Of a stretch of DNA of 64,000 bases, positions 48,301 through 59,684 are shown piece after piece. Made by a program: the position numbers and the translations under genes. The notes below the pieces were generated by a model. That model was not told where the DNA came from. It made no database searches and saw nothing but the letters and a program-made list of their open reading frames with translations. Position 1 is the first letter of the stretch, and every line of letters starts with the position of its first letter. Origin of the DNA: Mantamonas sphyraenae STR306 (lineage: Eukaryota; Protista; CRuMs); NCBI GenBank assembly GCA_026936335.1, contig JAPMXV010000001.1, forward strand, positions 124,001 to 188,000, given 5' to 3'.

Positions 48301-51300
48301 TTCAATGTACTGCGTCTGGTCCTTCTCCTTCCACGTCGGGTCGATGCGGATCAGCTTCATCTCCTTCTCTGGCACCTGGTACATGAACGTCAGGTCCGCA
48401 AGCATGTCCGTCTGCTTCGATGCGTCCGTGTTGGCTTCCGCTGCGTTTTCGCTCTGTTCGTTCGGCCCTCGTTTCCTGGGTCCGTCCGGCTTCTTTGCAG
48501 GCGCCGCTGCCGCTGTTGTCTGTTCTTCCTCCATCTTGGCATTGCTGTTGCTGCTGCTGCTGCTGCTTGCAGACTTGTTGGCTGCTGCTGCTGCTGCTGC
48601 TGCTGCCGCACTGCTGCTCGAACTGCTGCTGCTGCTGCTGTTGCTTGCATCGCCGTCCGACGATTCGACTTCCATTTCGCTGCTGGGTTCCGCCTTGCCC
48701 TGCTTGCCGTTCTGCTTCGTCAACTTGGCGTCCTCGGCCGCCTTCTTCTTGCGCTCGCGCTCGACCGTCTTGCGTCGCGCGAGTTCATACTCTGCATCAC
48801 GCTGCTTCTCAAACGCCAGCTCCTCCTCCATGGTCCACACACGCGGCGGGTCTTCGGCGGTGTAACGTGTGAGGCCGCCGTAGATCTGGCGTGCGGCCGT
48901 GCCCGGGTTCATCTGTGCCCAGCGTGTGTAGGCCACACTGACACGTTTGCCCTTTTCGCGGTCGCGCACAAACGACACCTCCTTGAGGTCAAACACGGAT
49001 TGGTACTCGTCACGCAGCTCGTCGGGACACAGGTTCTCCACGTGTTGGATGAACCCACGCGCGTACTCTTCCATCTCCAGCAATGTGCGGTGAGGCAGCT
49101 CCGCACGCACTCGCATCATCTCCCATTGGCCATAGCCAAGCGACAGCAGCGCACGGCGGAACTTCATGCAGTCCGTGCGTGTCCACACGTCACTGCGTCG
49201 CTTGCCACCCACGGCGGTGTACGACCCCAGCAGATCGTCCTCGTCGCCGTACTCCTCTCCGGCAGCCATGTCTTCGTCGCTCTCGTCGCTGAGGTCGCTG
49301 AGTCCGCTGAGATCGTCCTCCTCGTCGTCGCTGCCTGCGCCAAAGCGGCGCACCTGCTTGCGCTTGCGGGGCTCGATCATCATCAGCTTCTCCTCCTCCG
49401 CAAACTCGCCCTCGGGCAGCAGCTTCTTCCAGAAGTTGGGATCTTCCATGTCCACGGCCGCGTCGGCGTCGTTGGAAAAGAACGTGGCCGTGTTGTACGA
49501 ACTCAGCTTGCTCATGGCCGTGCTCTTGACGTCCGTCTCGTTCTTGGCGTCCACCACACGCATGGTCGAGCGTTCCAGGATGCTGTCGATGTCGCTCTCC
49601 TCAAACTTTTTCGACTCCTCGTCCTCGTCCTCGCGAAAGACGTCGTAGGCGCCGTGCTTGAGCAGGTCGTTCACCTCCTGCTTGTTGAGGTTGGCCAGCG
49701 TCGGCGGCTTCTCCTTCTTCTTGGACTTGCGGTCGGCGTTGTGCGACGTGGTCTCGGTCATGTTGGTGAGCACGCTGTGATGGAGACCCAGTTTGAGAGA
49801 TGCCTTTTCAAACATCTTTTCCTCGTAGGTGCGGCGTGTGATGAGGCGGTAGATCTTCACCAGCTTGGTCTGCCCGATGCGATGTGCGCGTGCCATGGCC
49901 TGGATGTCGTTCTGTGGGTTCCAATCGCTGTCAAAGATGATGATGGTGTCTGCGGCGGTGAGGTTGATGCCCAGGCCGCCTGCGCGTGTGCACAGCAGAA
50001 AGACAAAGCGGTCCGAGTCTGGCGCCGAGAAGCGCTTGATGGCCGCCTGGCGGTCGTTGCCACGCACGCCTCCGTCGATGCGCTCGTACTTGTGGTTGCG
50101 GTAGTGGAGGTAGTCCTCGAGGATGTCCAGCACCTTGACCATCTGGGAAAAGATGAGGACGCGGTGGCCCTCACGCTTGAGCTTGGGCAGCAGCTTGTCG
50201 ATGAGTACAAGCTTGCCCGACTGCTTGATGAGAAGCTGGTTGATGGCCTCGACGTCTTGGGTCTCCACCTCCTGCGTGGTGCCGCTCTCGATGCCGTTGA
50301 TGAGGTACGGGTGGTTGCAGCACTTGCGCAGCTCCATCATGATGTTGCGCATGTTGGGCAGGTTCTTGTTGGTGGCACCCTTCCACAGCACCGAGGTGTT
50401 GCGCTCCAGGATGGCGCGGTAGCATTGCTTCTGCAGCGTGGTCAGCTCCACGTGCACAATGGTCTCCTCCTTGGGAGCGATGCTCTTTTCCACATCCTCC
50501 TTGACGCGTCGCAACACATACGGCTGCATGACCTCGATGAGCGCCTCCACCTCGCTGCTGTCCGACATATCGCCAAACTTTTCCAGAAAGGCGTTGACGT
50601 CGTCAAACTTGTAGGGGTCGATAAAGTTGAGGAGAGACCACAGCTCTGCAGTGTTGTTCTGCAGCGGAGTGCCTGTGAGCAGCAGGGTGTGGTCGCGTTG
50701 CACGCGCTCCATGACCTCGAGCAGCTTGCAGTCGCGGTTTTTGAGTCGGTGCGCCTCGTCGATGACCACGTACTTGAAGGGAATGGTGCCCAGGTATGCA
50801 ATGTCCGCCATGAGCGACTCGTAGGTGGTGATCAGCGCGTGGAACTTGTACGTAAAGTTTTCCTCATCAAAGTAAAACTCGTGCTCGCGGATGATCTCGC
50901 GGGAGCGTTTTGTGCCGTGATACATGATGGCCTGTGTGCGGGAGACGGGGGGGGGGGGGGGGGGGGATGCGGGGCGGAGCAGGGTTAGCGTGTTGGTGTT
51001 GTGGGAGGGCGCCGGGGGTAGGGGGGAGGGGGGAGGGGGGAGGGGATCGGGCTGTCCACGTACGTTCTGATCCGTCCAGCGGCGAAACTCGTAGAGCCAG
51101 TTGTTGATGGTGGACAACGGGGCAATGACGAGAAAGGGCCCAGAGACTTTGTAGCGCTTGCGCAGTGTTTCGAGGATGGCAATGCTTTGGACGGTCTTGC
51201 CGAGGCCCATCTCGTCGGCGAGGATGGACGAACGCTGGTCGAGCCAACAGAGCTGGAGCCAGTTGAGGGACTCGACCTGGTAGGAGCGCAGGGTGTTTTC

Positions 51301-53238
51301 GTCCTTGAACACGGGGCTCTCCTTGAGTTCCTTAAAGGCGGCGAGTCCCGGGCGCGGGATGTGTGAGTGGGCGGCATTGTTGTGGAGCTCTGCCTTGCGC
51401 TCGTCGCTGTGGCGCAGCTCCAAGTCCTCGAGGAGATCGTTGTCGTCGATGTCCTCTGCGGTCTCCCAGGTGCAGTCGAGGTACTGGAGGGAGCACCACT
51501 TGACCATGTACTTTGTGACGGCCTCGCCGGTCTCATGGTCGACTTCCTGACGGCGAGCGACAACGCGCTCGGCCTGGCAGTAGTCTGGGTTGAAGTACAG
51601 CGAGATATCCTCCGGGTTGTCATCCTCGGGCACACCCTTGCGAGCGTCGCGTTCCCAGTAGCGGCGGATCATCATCTTGCCGTGCTTGGGGTTGATTTCC
51701 AACACGCGTTCGGTGGTGATCCACTCGCACTTGGCGTAGCTCATGCCACGCCACTTGACGAGGAAGCGCACTGTTTGTTGCTCCTCCTCCTGCACATGGG
51801 TGGGAGCCAGCACTTGCTTGCGCTTGCCTGGGGAGAGGGCGTTTGAGACGACCGAGGAGGAGGAGGAGGAGGAGGAGCTGCTGCTGCTGCTGCTGCTTGC
51901 ACTGCTGCTGCTGCTGCTGGCCGATGAGGCGAGTGTGCTTGCGCGCGACTCGTCATAGCCAGGGTAAACCCACTTGTGACCGAGCATCTTGTCGATCTTG
52001 GGTCCTTTGTCCTCCTCCTCCTCTTCGTCGTCGTCGTCGTCGTAGTACTCTGCGGCGCCGCCGTCGCGAGCGCGTGCAGCACGGTCCTCCTCCTCGATGT
52101 CATCCGAGTCATACTCGACCATGTCCATGTGCTGGACGCCGCGAGAGTTGCGTCCAGAGGAGGTGTAGCGTGGCTCGCGTGCAGAGCGTCGCTTGCCTCG
52201 CTTGGACTTTTTGCCTGCGTCGCTGTCGTCATCGTCGTCATCGTCGTCGTCGTCGTTGTCGTTGGCATAGGAAACGGGCCGTGTGGAGCGTCGCTCGCGC
52301 GAGCTGCGTCGCACGTTGGCCTCCTGTGCAAAGCGACGAACCTCGGCCGGGATGTCGTCAACGAGGCCGTCGTCGTCTTCGTCTTCGTCGTCGCCACCGT
52401 CGTCGTGGTACTCGTCGCTGTCGTCGTCTTCGTCAGCGAGGTCACTCACGTCGTCGGAGGCGAGTGAGGGTTCGGTGTCCGCCGCGTGTCCAGAGTTGTG
52501 GTTTTCCGCTTTTTTCGTACTGGCCGAAGCAGCCTCTTCCACTTCCTGCGAGGGCGACGCGGGAGACACGTTGAGGGGGTTGCGAGGTGAGGGGGTCAGT
52601 GGACATTGGTTTGAAGGTGATATGCATGTTGCAGGGGCAGGGCAATGCAGGTGCGGAGGAGGATTGGAAGGAATTCGGGTCGAGAAGGGAACAGAAGGGG
52701 CTGAAAAGGAAAAAGGCAGCATGGCTGATCAAATGCTTTGCGATGGGTGGCGTCGAAAAGGGCGGGAGGACGGAATATGGCAAGGGACGGGTGCAGGTGG
52801 CGGATGTGCGTTGTGTGGGGTGTGGGCCAAGCAGGGACAAGGACCATGCACGGGGAAGGGAGGGGTGGGGCGGCAGGGTGCGGGGAGAAGCCGGACTTGC
52901 TTGGTGGGAGCGAATGTGGGGTGGACAAAAAGAGGGAAGATTCTCAGAGGCCGGAACCTAGAGCTTGGGCAGGTGGGACGTCAAGGAGAGAGAAAATGAT
53001 TGCGTGTGGAGAAAAGTGGAAACAAAGGGCCATGCAAAGGGTGGGGTGGAGGTGGGGACCAAGGTTGAGGATGGAGGGGGTGGGAAGGGTGGAATCGTGG
53101 GGCGAGGGTCGAGATGCACGGTGCATTTCGAGCCCTCCACCGAAGCTGCGAGAAAGCAAGGGAGAGAAGGGGGTAGAGAGTGCGGGATGCGGTGGGGACG
53201 GGATAGGGGGAGATTTTGGAGGTGGAGAGACGTACCAT
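45364..53238 (-). CDS. CHD6-9/Kismet-like chromodomain helicase with C-terminal FYRN/FYRC domains (~2350 aa)
   Basis: Two chromodomains, ILADEMGLGKT, DEAH, QAMARAHRIGQ, SANT-like repeats, FYR region. Exons 53236-53238 (inferred ATG-only), 51064-52545, 45364-50931. Confidence 0.9.
50947..51043 (+). repeat. Poly-G (20 nt) and clustered G-tracts inside a CHD intron
   Basis: Directly visible; G-quadruplex-compatible. Confidence 0.8.
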
Positions 53239-53310
53239 GGTGTGTGGGGGGGCAGAGCGGATAGGGTGGGGGCCGTGTCGCGCGAGGACGGAGCCAAGGT
53301 GTGGGGCAGG

Positions 53311-54252
53311 ATGTCGATTGAGAGCAAGGAGGAGCTGCTTCGACATGTGAAGCCCGATGAGAGTGCACTGGCGCTTTTTGGGCGTGAAAGACGAGTGCGT
53401 GTGAGCAGTGCGGTGCCGTTTTTTGGGCGAAAAGGGTTGCGAGCGGGCAGTGTGGTGGATGTGTGCGGGGAGAGCGGAAGCGGGAAAAGCGAGGTGCTGC
53501 TGGACATGTGTGTGCGGTTTGTGTTGGAGGTGGGCACGCAGGGACAGGGGCGTGTGGCGTGGTTGGATACGGAGTACAAGTTTGAGGCGGAGAGGCTTGC
53601 GGAGCTGGTGATCGCTCACCTGCCGCAGGACATGAGCGAGAGCCGGCGGAGGCAACGGGTGGAGGAGCTTCTGGAACATGTGGATGTATACAGGGTGGGC
53701 GACGCGTTCCAGCTGCTGATGACTGCGCAGATGCTGCATGAAGAGGCAGCGGAAGGCGGAGTCGGGTCGGGAACCGAGCGGGATGCGGAGGAAGAGAGGA
53801 GGAGAGGGCTTGGGCCGGTGAGGCTGGTGATTGTGGATGCATTGCATGGGTTCTACTACGAGGACAAGCTGGAAGATGACCTAGGGTCGATGCGAAGGAA
53901 CCCGCTGATTCCGCAAGCGTTGCGACGGCTGGCGAGCGAGGATGACATGGTGGTGGCAGTGAGCATTGGGTCGTTGACAAAGAGCAACGTGATGGGTGAG
54001 CGGAGCCGGTACATGTTTGCATGGAGCGACGCCGGCCCGCGGCACGTGGTGGAACTGCAACGGACGAGGGACGTGCGCGAGCAAGATGTGGACGAGGAGG
54101 TGGACGAAAGTGCACAAGCAACGGCGGGTGAGGAGTTGATGGCGTACCACGTGCAGAGCATGGACGGGGGTGCAGTTTGGGGAGGAGGCTCTTCTGGAAC
54201 CGGGTGGTGCTTTGTGGTGACATCGGATGGTGTGCTGGCTAGGAATGGGTGA
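53311..54252 (+). CDS. XRCC2: RAD51 paralog, XRCC2-like
   Basis: ESALALF N-terminus, Walker A GESGSGKS, WLDTEYKF, Walker B LVIVDALHGFYYED. Confidence 0.75.
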   Translation: MSIESKEELLRHVKPDESALALFGRERRVRVSSAVPFFGRKGLRAGSVVDVCGESGSGKSEVLLDMCVRFVLEVGTQGQGRVAWLDTEYKFEAERLAELVIAHLPQDMSESRRRQRVEELLEHVDVYRVGDAFQLLMTAQMLHEEAAEGGVGSGTERDAEEERRRGLGPVRLVIVDALHGFYYEDKLEDDLGSMRRNPLIPQALRRLASEDDMVVAVSIGSLTKSNVMGERSRYMFAWSDAGPRHVVELQRTRDVREQDVDEEVDESAQATAGEELMAYHVQSMDGGAVWGGGSSGTGWCFVVTSDGVLARNG

Positions 54253-54334
54253 GTACGGGTGCAAACGGGTCAAAGGGGGGGGAAGAGGAGAGGGGTGTTG
54301 GGTGCGTCGGTGGAGGCACACGAAATCAAGAGGG

Positions 54335-55280
54335 ATGGAGAAACACTTTGCCAGGTGGCCGAAACTGTCCAGCGTGGAGGGATGGGTTGGGTCTGGTTCG
54401 CAGATTGTGGATGTGTTGGATGGACGACCTGCACACTATGTGCGGATGGCTCTGGGGAGGCATGGGCCGCCCAAGGCGGTGGGTGGGTCGGAGCTGGCGC
54501 TGCCCATGTGCTTTCACTGGGGCTACTTTGTCGATCAAGCACAGCACACGTTGGAGGAGCTTCCCGAGGACGGGTACAATGTGGGCGGAGTGATGGCAGA
54601 AAACCCATTGCCGCGTTTGATGTACGCCGGCAGCAGTGTGGAGGTGCACACGCCGCTGGAGGTGGATGCGGGCCGTCAGTTGTGCAACACGCGGAACATC
54701 TCGTCGGTGGCGCTGAAAGAGAACAAAAGGACGGGCGAACCGTTGGTGTTTGTGGAGGAGGAATGCAAGATTGCAGACGAGGCGAGTGGAGAGGCGTTGG
54801 TGACGGAGACACGGTCCTTCGCCTACATTGCAGCGGACCCTCCACGTGTGCAGGCGCAGGTGGAGGAGGAAATGGAGGAAGGGGAAGCCACGGAAGGATT
54901 GGGGCTGAGTGAAGAGGAGGAGGCAGGGGCATGTGTGGAAGTGGTGACGCCAACGCCGACGATGTTGCTTCGCTACAGCGCGGCCACGTACAACGCACAC
55001 CGGATCCACTACGACATGGAGTACACTCGAGAGAAGGAAGGATACGACGCATTGGTTGTGCATGGACCGCTGATTGCAACTTTGGCTGCGTCCATGCTGC
55101 ACAGGGCGGAACCAGAGCGTGTGCTTCGTCGTTTCTCGTTCCGCAACGTCTCACCCGCGTTCTGTCCGCAACCGTTGGCGTTTGTGCATGTTCCGCAGGG
55201 GAGAGGATGGTGCACGTGTTGTGGTGCGTGCCATGGATGGTCGAGTGGTGATGGAGAGTGCCGGGGAGTGGGATCTGTGA
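54335..55280 (+). CDS. Double hot-dog-fold dehydratase (HTD2/mesaconyl-C4-CoA hydratase family)
   Basis: HWGYF..DG..PRLMYAGS, RYSAATYNAHRIHYD..EGYDALVVHGPL. Apparent extra G at ~55200; corrected end is ..DGRVVMESAGEWDL*. Confidence 0.85.
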
Positions 55281-55295
55281 GTGTCATTCGGTAGT

Positions 55296-57427
55296 TCATT
55301 CGTTGTCGTCTTCCACACGCTTGGCTCCCAATGGATCGAAATACTTGACCTGTTCCTCTTGTTCCTCTTGTTGTTGCTGTTGCTGTTGCTGTTGATCCTG
55401 TTGCTGGGTGTCTGCGTCGTCTGTGTGCCGAACTATTTCCGGGTTGGCACGAGTGTCGTCGCCGGTGGCTTCTTGCCAGCCGTCGTCCTCGATCTGAAAG
55501 GTGATGATGTCACGCACCTGCTTCATCTCTGCCAAGGCCATGAATACGGCGGCCTGGTCGTAGGAGGAGGTCGTGGCATCGCCGGCGTCGTCTGCCGCGG
55601 GTGCAGAGAGGAGCTCACGCTGCAGGAGAAGGATGGCCTCGTTGAGGCGTGCGCCCTGTCGTTGCATCATCTGTCGCAGTTTGGTGAGCTCCTGCCTGCT
55701 CTCCATGAGGCCAAATTCTGGGTGGGCGTGGGGACGGGAGGCGGAGGAGGCGGAGTATTGGCTGGCAGAGGAGGAGGCGCCTCCCACCTGGTTTGTGGTG
55801 ACACGAGAGCGAGCAAAGGCCGACGGGTCGATGTTTGGCTCTGCACCGATGCCCATGCTGGTGAAGAGCTCGCGTGTGTTTGCGGTGAGCGTGTCGCCAA
55901 AGCTGCTGACGATGTTGGAGGCCTTGTTCTTGCGTGCCTTTGTCTTGCGTCCGCTGTTGCGTTTGGCTGTGTTGCTGCGCCCTCGCACAAGGGACACCTC
56001 TGCCTCATCTGTTTGGTTGCTCTTGGCACTGCTGCTGCCGGAGGACGTGTTGATGCCCCACATGGGGCCAGGATCGCTGTCGCGGATCTTCTTTGCCGTG
56101 ACGATAAAGGCATGGACGGATTCGACGGGGGGATACTTAAAGAGGCGCTTGAGACACATGCTGTAGTCGCGTTCGAGCAGCTGCTCGCGGATGTAGGCAA
56201 GCATGGCGACGGCGACGTAGGGGACGAGCTCGAGGGAGGCACTGTCTGCAAAGAGGCCATCCCAGAGCACAATGACGTCTTCGAGGTGGAACTCGCGGCC
56301 AAAGAGGAGGCGGACCCAGCGCAGACCGTAGAGCTGGGGCTGGATCTCCATGGCGGTAAGATGGGCGTGGAGGGCAGGATCCCGGTCGGCCAGAATGGTG
56401 TTTTGGATGTGGTCACAGGTAAGCTTGATGGGCGCCTGCTGCTCGTCCTGTTCCGCTGCCTCGCGTTGTTCCTTGCTGAGGGCAGCGCGTTGGGAGGGAG
56501 AGAGATCGCTGACACGGTACCAGGCACAGGCGGTGTGCATGAGACGCTCAAAGATGAGATAGGTGTCCGGGACAAGATAGGCACGGTCAAGGAGTTGGGC
56601 GTAGACGGAGCCGTCTTGCTCTTGCACGGCCTCACGCTCGGTGATGTAGAGGATGGGGGCCAGCAGCTCGTGCATCCCCTGCCTGTACGACGTCTGTTCG
56701 TTCTCGCGTGCGTAGAGAAAGAGCATCTCGCGCATCATCTCTTTGACGTCCTCGCGCTGGAAAAAGTCGTTTTCCGGGTGTCTGTGGCACGGGGGAGGGG
56801 GTGGGAAAAGCCAGAGAGAGGGGAATTGGGGGGTTGGGAGTGAGCGTCGGGGGAACGGGTAGGACGGAGGGCGCGGTGGGACACACGGGTGTGGGTGTCG
56901 GGTGTGGGTTGGGTGTAGAGGGAGTTTACGTGGGATGTGCGTGTGAAGGGGCAGTGGACAGCGAGGGGGGGGGTGTCGGTGGAGGGGGTGTGTGGGTGGT
57001 GGTGAATTGGCAAAGGCCGTGGACGGGACAGGGTGAGGACGTACGTTCGATCAATGTCCTTCTGGATCTCCTTTTCGAGCTCTGTGTTTTTGAAATACTT
57101 GTTCCAGGTGCTTTCAGAGGCGGTGGAGAGCGGGTTGTTGACAACGAGGTCCTCGGGCTCTTCCTTGTGGGGATCGACGACGTGTTTGTCCAGCAGTTCC
57201 TGGTAGCGCTGGCGATGGGTGGCCAGAGTGGCTGGCCAGTCGTCGACAGGTTGCTCCTTGTCCACAAGCCCAAAGAAGACCTTCCACACAATGCTGCGCA
57301 CACGCACGCCGAGCAGTTCGCCCGCGGCGGCCTTGTCGTACGCCGTCTGGACGCCGTCAGGTCCACAGAACAGGGTTTGGAATTGGTCCTGCGGTGGATC
57401 CGGCCAGAATCCAGACGCTGTTGACAT
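55296..57427 (-). CDS. TBC-domain Rab GTPase-activating protein (TBC1D5-like, ~622 aa)
   Basis: Intron 56782-57044. NNPLS..W..YF, IQKDIDRT (R finger), YRQGMHELLAP (Q finger), LRWVRLLFGREF. Confidence 0.9.
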
Positions 57428-57510
57428 TGGTAGGTCGGGTGTGGGGATGTTGGGTTGGGGAAGGAAGGGGGCGGGCCAAGGAAACTCTCTTTCAAGACGT
57501 TAGCACACAC

Positions 57511-59620
57511 ATGCAGGAGGAACACGTGTTGGGCTTTACGGGACAGCACCAGTCATCGCTGCTGGTGCATCCAGACAATGCCAGGGCCGGGGTGTACTCC
57601 GTTGGGTCTGTGTTGGTGTTGTGCGAGACACCGGCGCAGGCGGGCGGGTCGTCGTCGTCGTCGTCGTCGTCGTCTTCTTCATGGACGAGTGGTGGAGGCG
57701 GTGGAGGCGGTGGACGGGCTGGGGGAAAGGGAGCTGGAGTGACCATTTTGCGCGGCCACACGCGTCCCATCACCGCCTTGACGGTGTCGTCGTCGTACAT
57801 TGCCAGCGGGCAAACGGTCGAAAGGACCATCAACGGCTTTTTCGCAGACGTGCGTGTGTGGGACCACGATGGGAACCAGCTGATGGTGTTGGATGGTACG
57901 TTTTGAGGAGGAAGATGGGGTTCAAGGGGGTGGTGGTGGTGGTGGTGGGGAAAAGGGGGCGGAAAGGGGTGAAGCCAGTGACGGGAGGTGGGCTCGCGGG
58001 AGACTCACACCCGACACACACACAGCGCACCAGGACACGATCCTGTCGTTGGAGTTTTCACAGGACGAAAAGTTGCTGTTGACGCGGGATGCGTCGCATG
58101 TGATGCACGTGTGGGAGGCGGCAACGGGGGAGTTGCTGTGCACGATTTCGCAGCGGCTGCCGGTGATGTTTGCGTGCTGGGCACAGAGGACGGTGGCAAA
58201 GGAAAAGTACCGTTCGTGGACTCATACGTACACACTGTACGTGGGTCAGCACGCGGAAATCCTTGCGTTTACGCTTGCGTACGACGCACAGAAGCAGACG
58301 CTGGTGTACGGGAGCAGCCCGGTGAAGCTTCCATCGTATGGACTGAAACGCACGTGGTTGTGCGCAGTGTACGACGCCGAGGACAGTCTGTTGCTGGCAG
58401 GGACGTCGTCCGGGGATGTGTGTATGTTCAATGTGGACACAAACGTGTACAAGGGCACGATGCCCGTGGATGCGTTTAACCAAGTGCAGGCGCTGGCGTA
58501 TGCGGTACCCGGACGTGTGCTGGTGGGCACGGGGGACGGAAAGTGTGTGTTGCTGACGGGAAGTGGGCTGGAATGGTCGGTGGCAGCTCAGATGGGTGCA
58601 GAGGCCGGGAGTGTGAACAGTGTGAGTGTGGCAAAGGATGGCAGCTTTGTGTATGGTAGCACGGCAGGGCTGATGTATGCGGGGGTGTTGGACTCGTCGT
58701 CGCTGGCAGTGGAGCCGCGGATGTTTGCGCAGCACCCGAGTGGGGTGGTGCGTGACGTGGCGTTCCATCCGGACAAGAGGGACGTGTGTGCAACGGTGGA
58801 CGAGCAGGGACGGCTGCAGGTGTGGCGATTGGACAAAATGACGTGCAGCATGGAGTTGGAACGATCGTGTGCGGCGCTGGTGGTGGAGTTTACGGAGCAA
58901 GGGGATGTGGTGAGCGGGTGGGCGGACGGGACGTTGCAGTGCAACGCGTTGGGAGGGTACGAACAGTGGCGCATGGACCATGCGCACCGGGGTGGAATCA
59001 CAGCTCTGGCAATTAGCCCTTACTTCTTGGCGAGTGGCGATGAGTACGGCGGGGTGAATGTGTGGACGGCCAAGTCGCACCAGCTGGTGGCCCCGTTCAA
59101 GAGCCACAAACGAGCCGTGGTGGCAATCTGTGCGGATCCAAACACACCGCACGTGTTGCATTCGTGTTCGTCGGACGGCACAGTGGCCACAGTGTGTCTG
59201 CAAACGGAAAAGGTGTTGGGTACGCGGCTGGTGGATGAGGGCTCGTTCACAGACATGGCGACGACGTTGACGATCGACACACAGGTGGTGATGTATGTGA
59301 CATCCACCCTGGGCCAGCTGCTGGTGTATGCGGGCGGAGACAAGGGCCAGGTGGGGGATGCCATGCCACTGGATGTGTTGCAGTCGGGCGGCGATGGGTC
59401 GCGTCTGAATGCGGTGGAAGTGAGTGCATCGGGACGGTATGTGGTGACAGGAAGCGAAGCAGGCGTGTTGACGCTGTGGGACAGGGTGCACAACGAGGTG
59501 ATTGACGAACGACGGGTGCACGACGGTCCCATTCAGCGGCTGTGTTTCAGCGGCGACGAAACACGGGTGTTGTCGTGTGGGGAGGATTCGGTGGTGGTGG
59601 TGTGTGATGTGGCCGTGTGA
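57511..59620 (+). CDS. WD40-repeat protein, CFAP52/WDR16-like (~659 aa)
   Basis: Intron 57896-58025. EHVLGF, LRGHTRPIT..IASGQ, GTSSGDV, SGWADG..AHRGGIT. Confidence 0.7.
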
Positions 59621-59684
59621 GTGTGAGTGTGAGTGTGATTGGAGGCGGAGGCGGGTGCCAAGAGAGCGAGGAATGATGCTTTGT

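Noticed and set aside
2445-51063. Excess of in-frame stopless introns (2445, 7044, 8660, 18541, 50932)
   Set aside because: 10 of 26 inferred introns are 3n, close to chance, and stoplessness is expected in short GC-rich introns.
4680-57680. Recurrent poly-Ser/Asp trinucleotide tracts (TCG, AGC, GAC) in many genes
   Set aside because: Ordinary coding microsatellite low-complexity sequence in disordered linkers.
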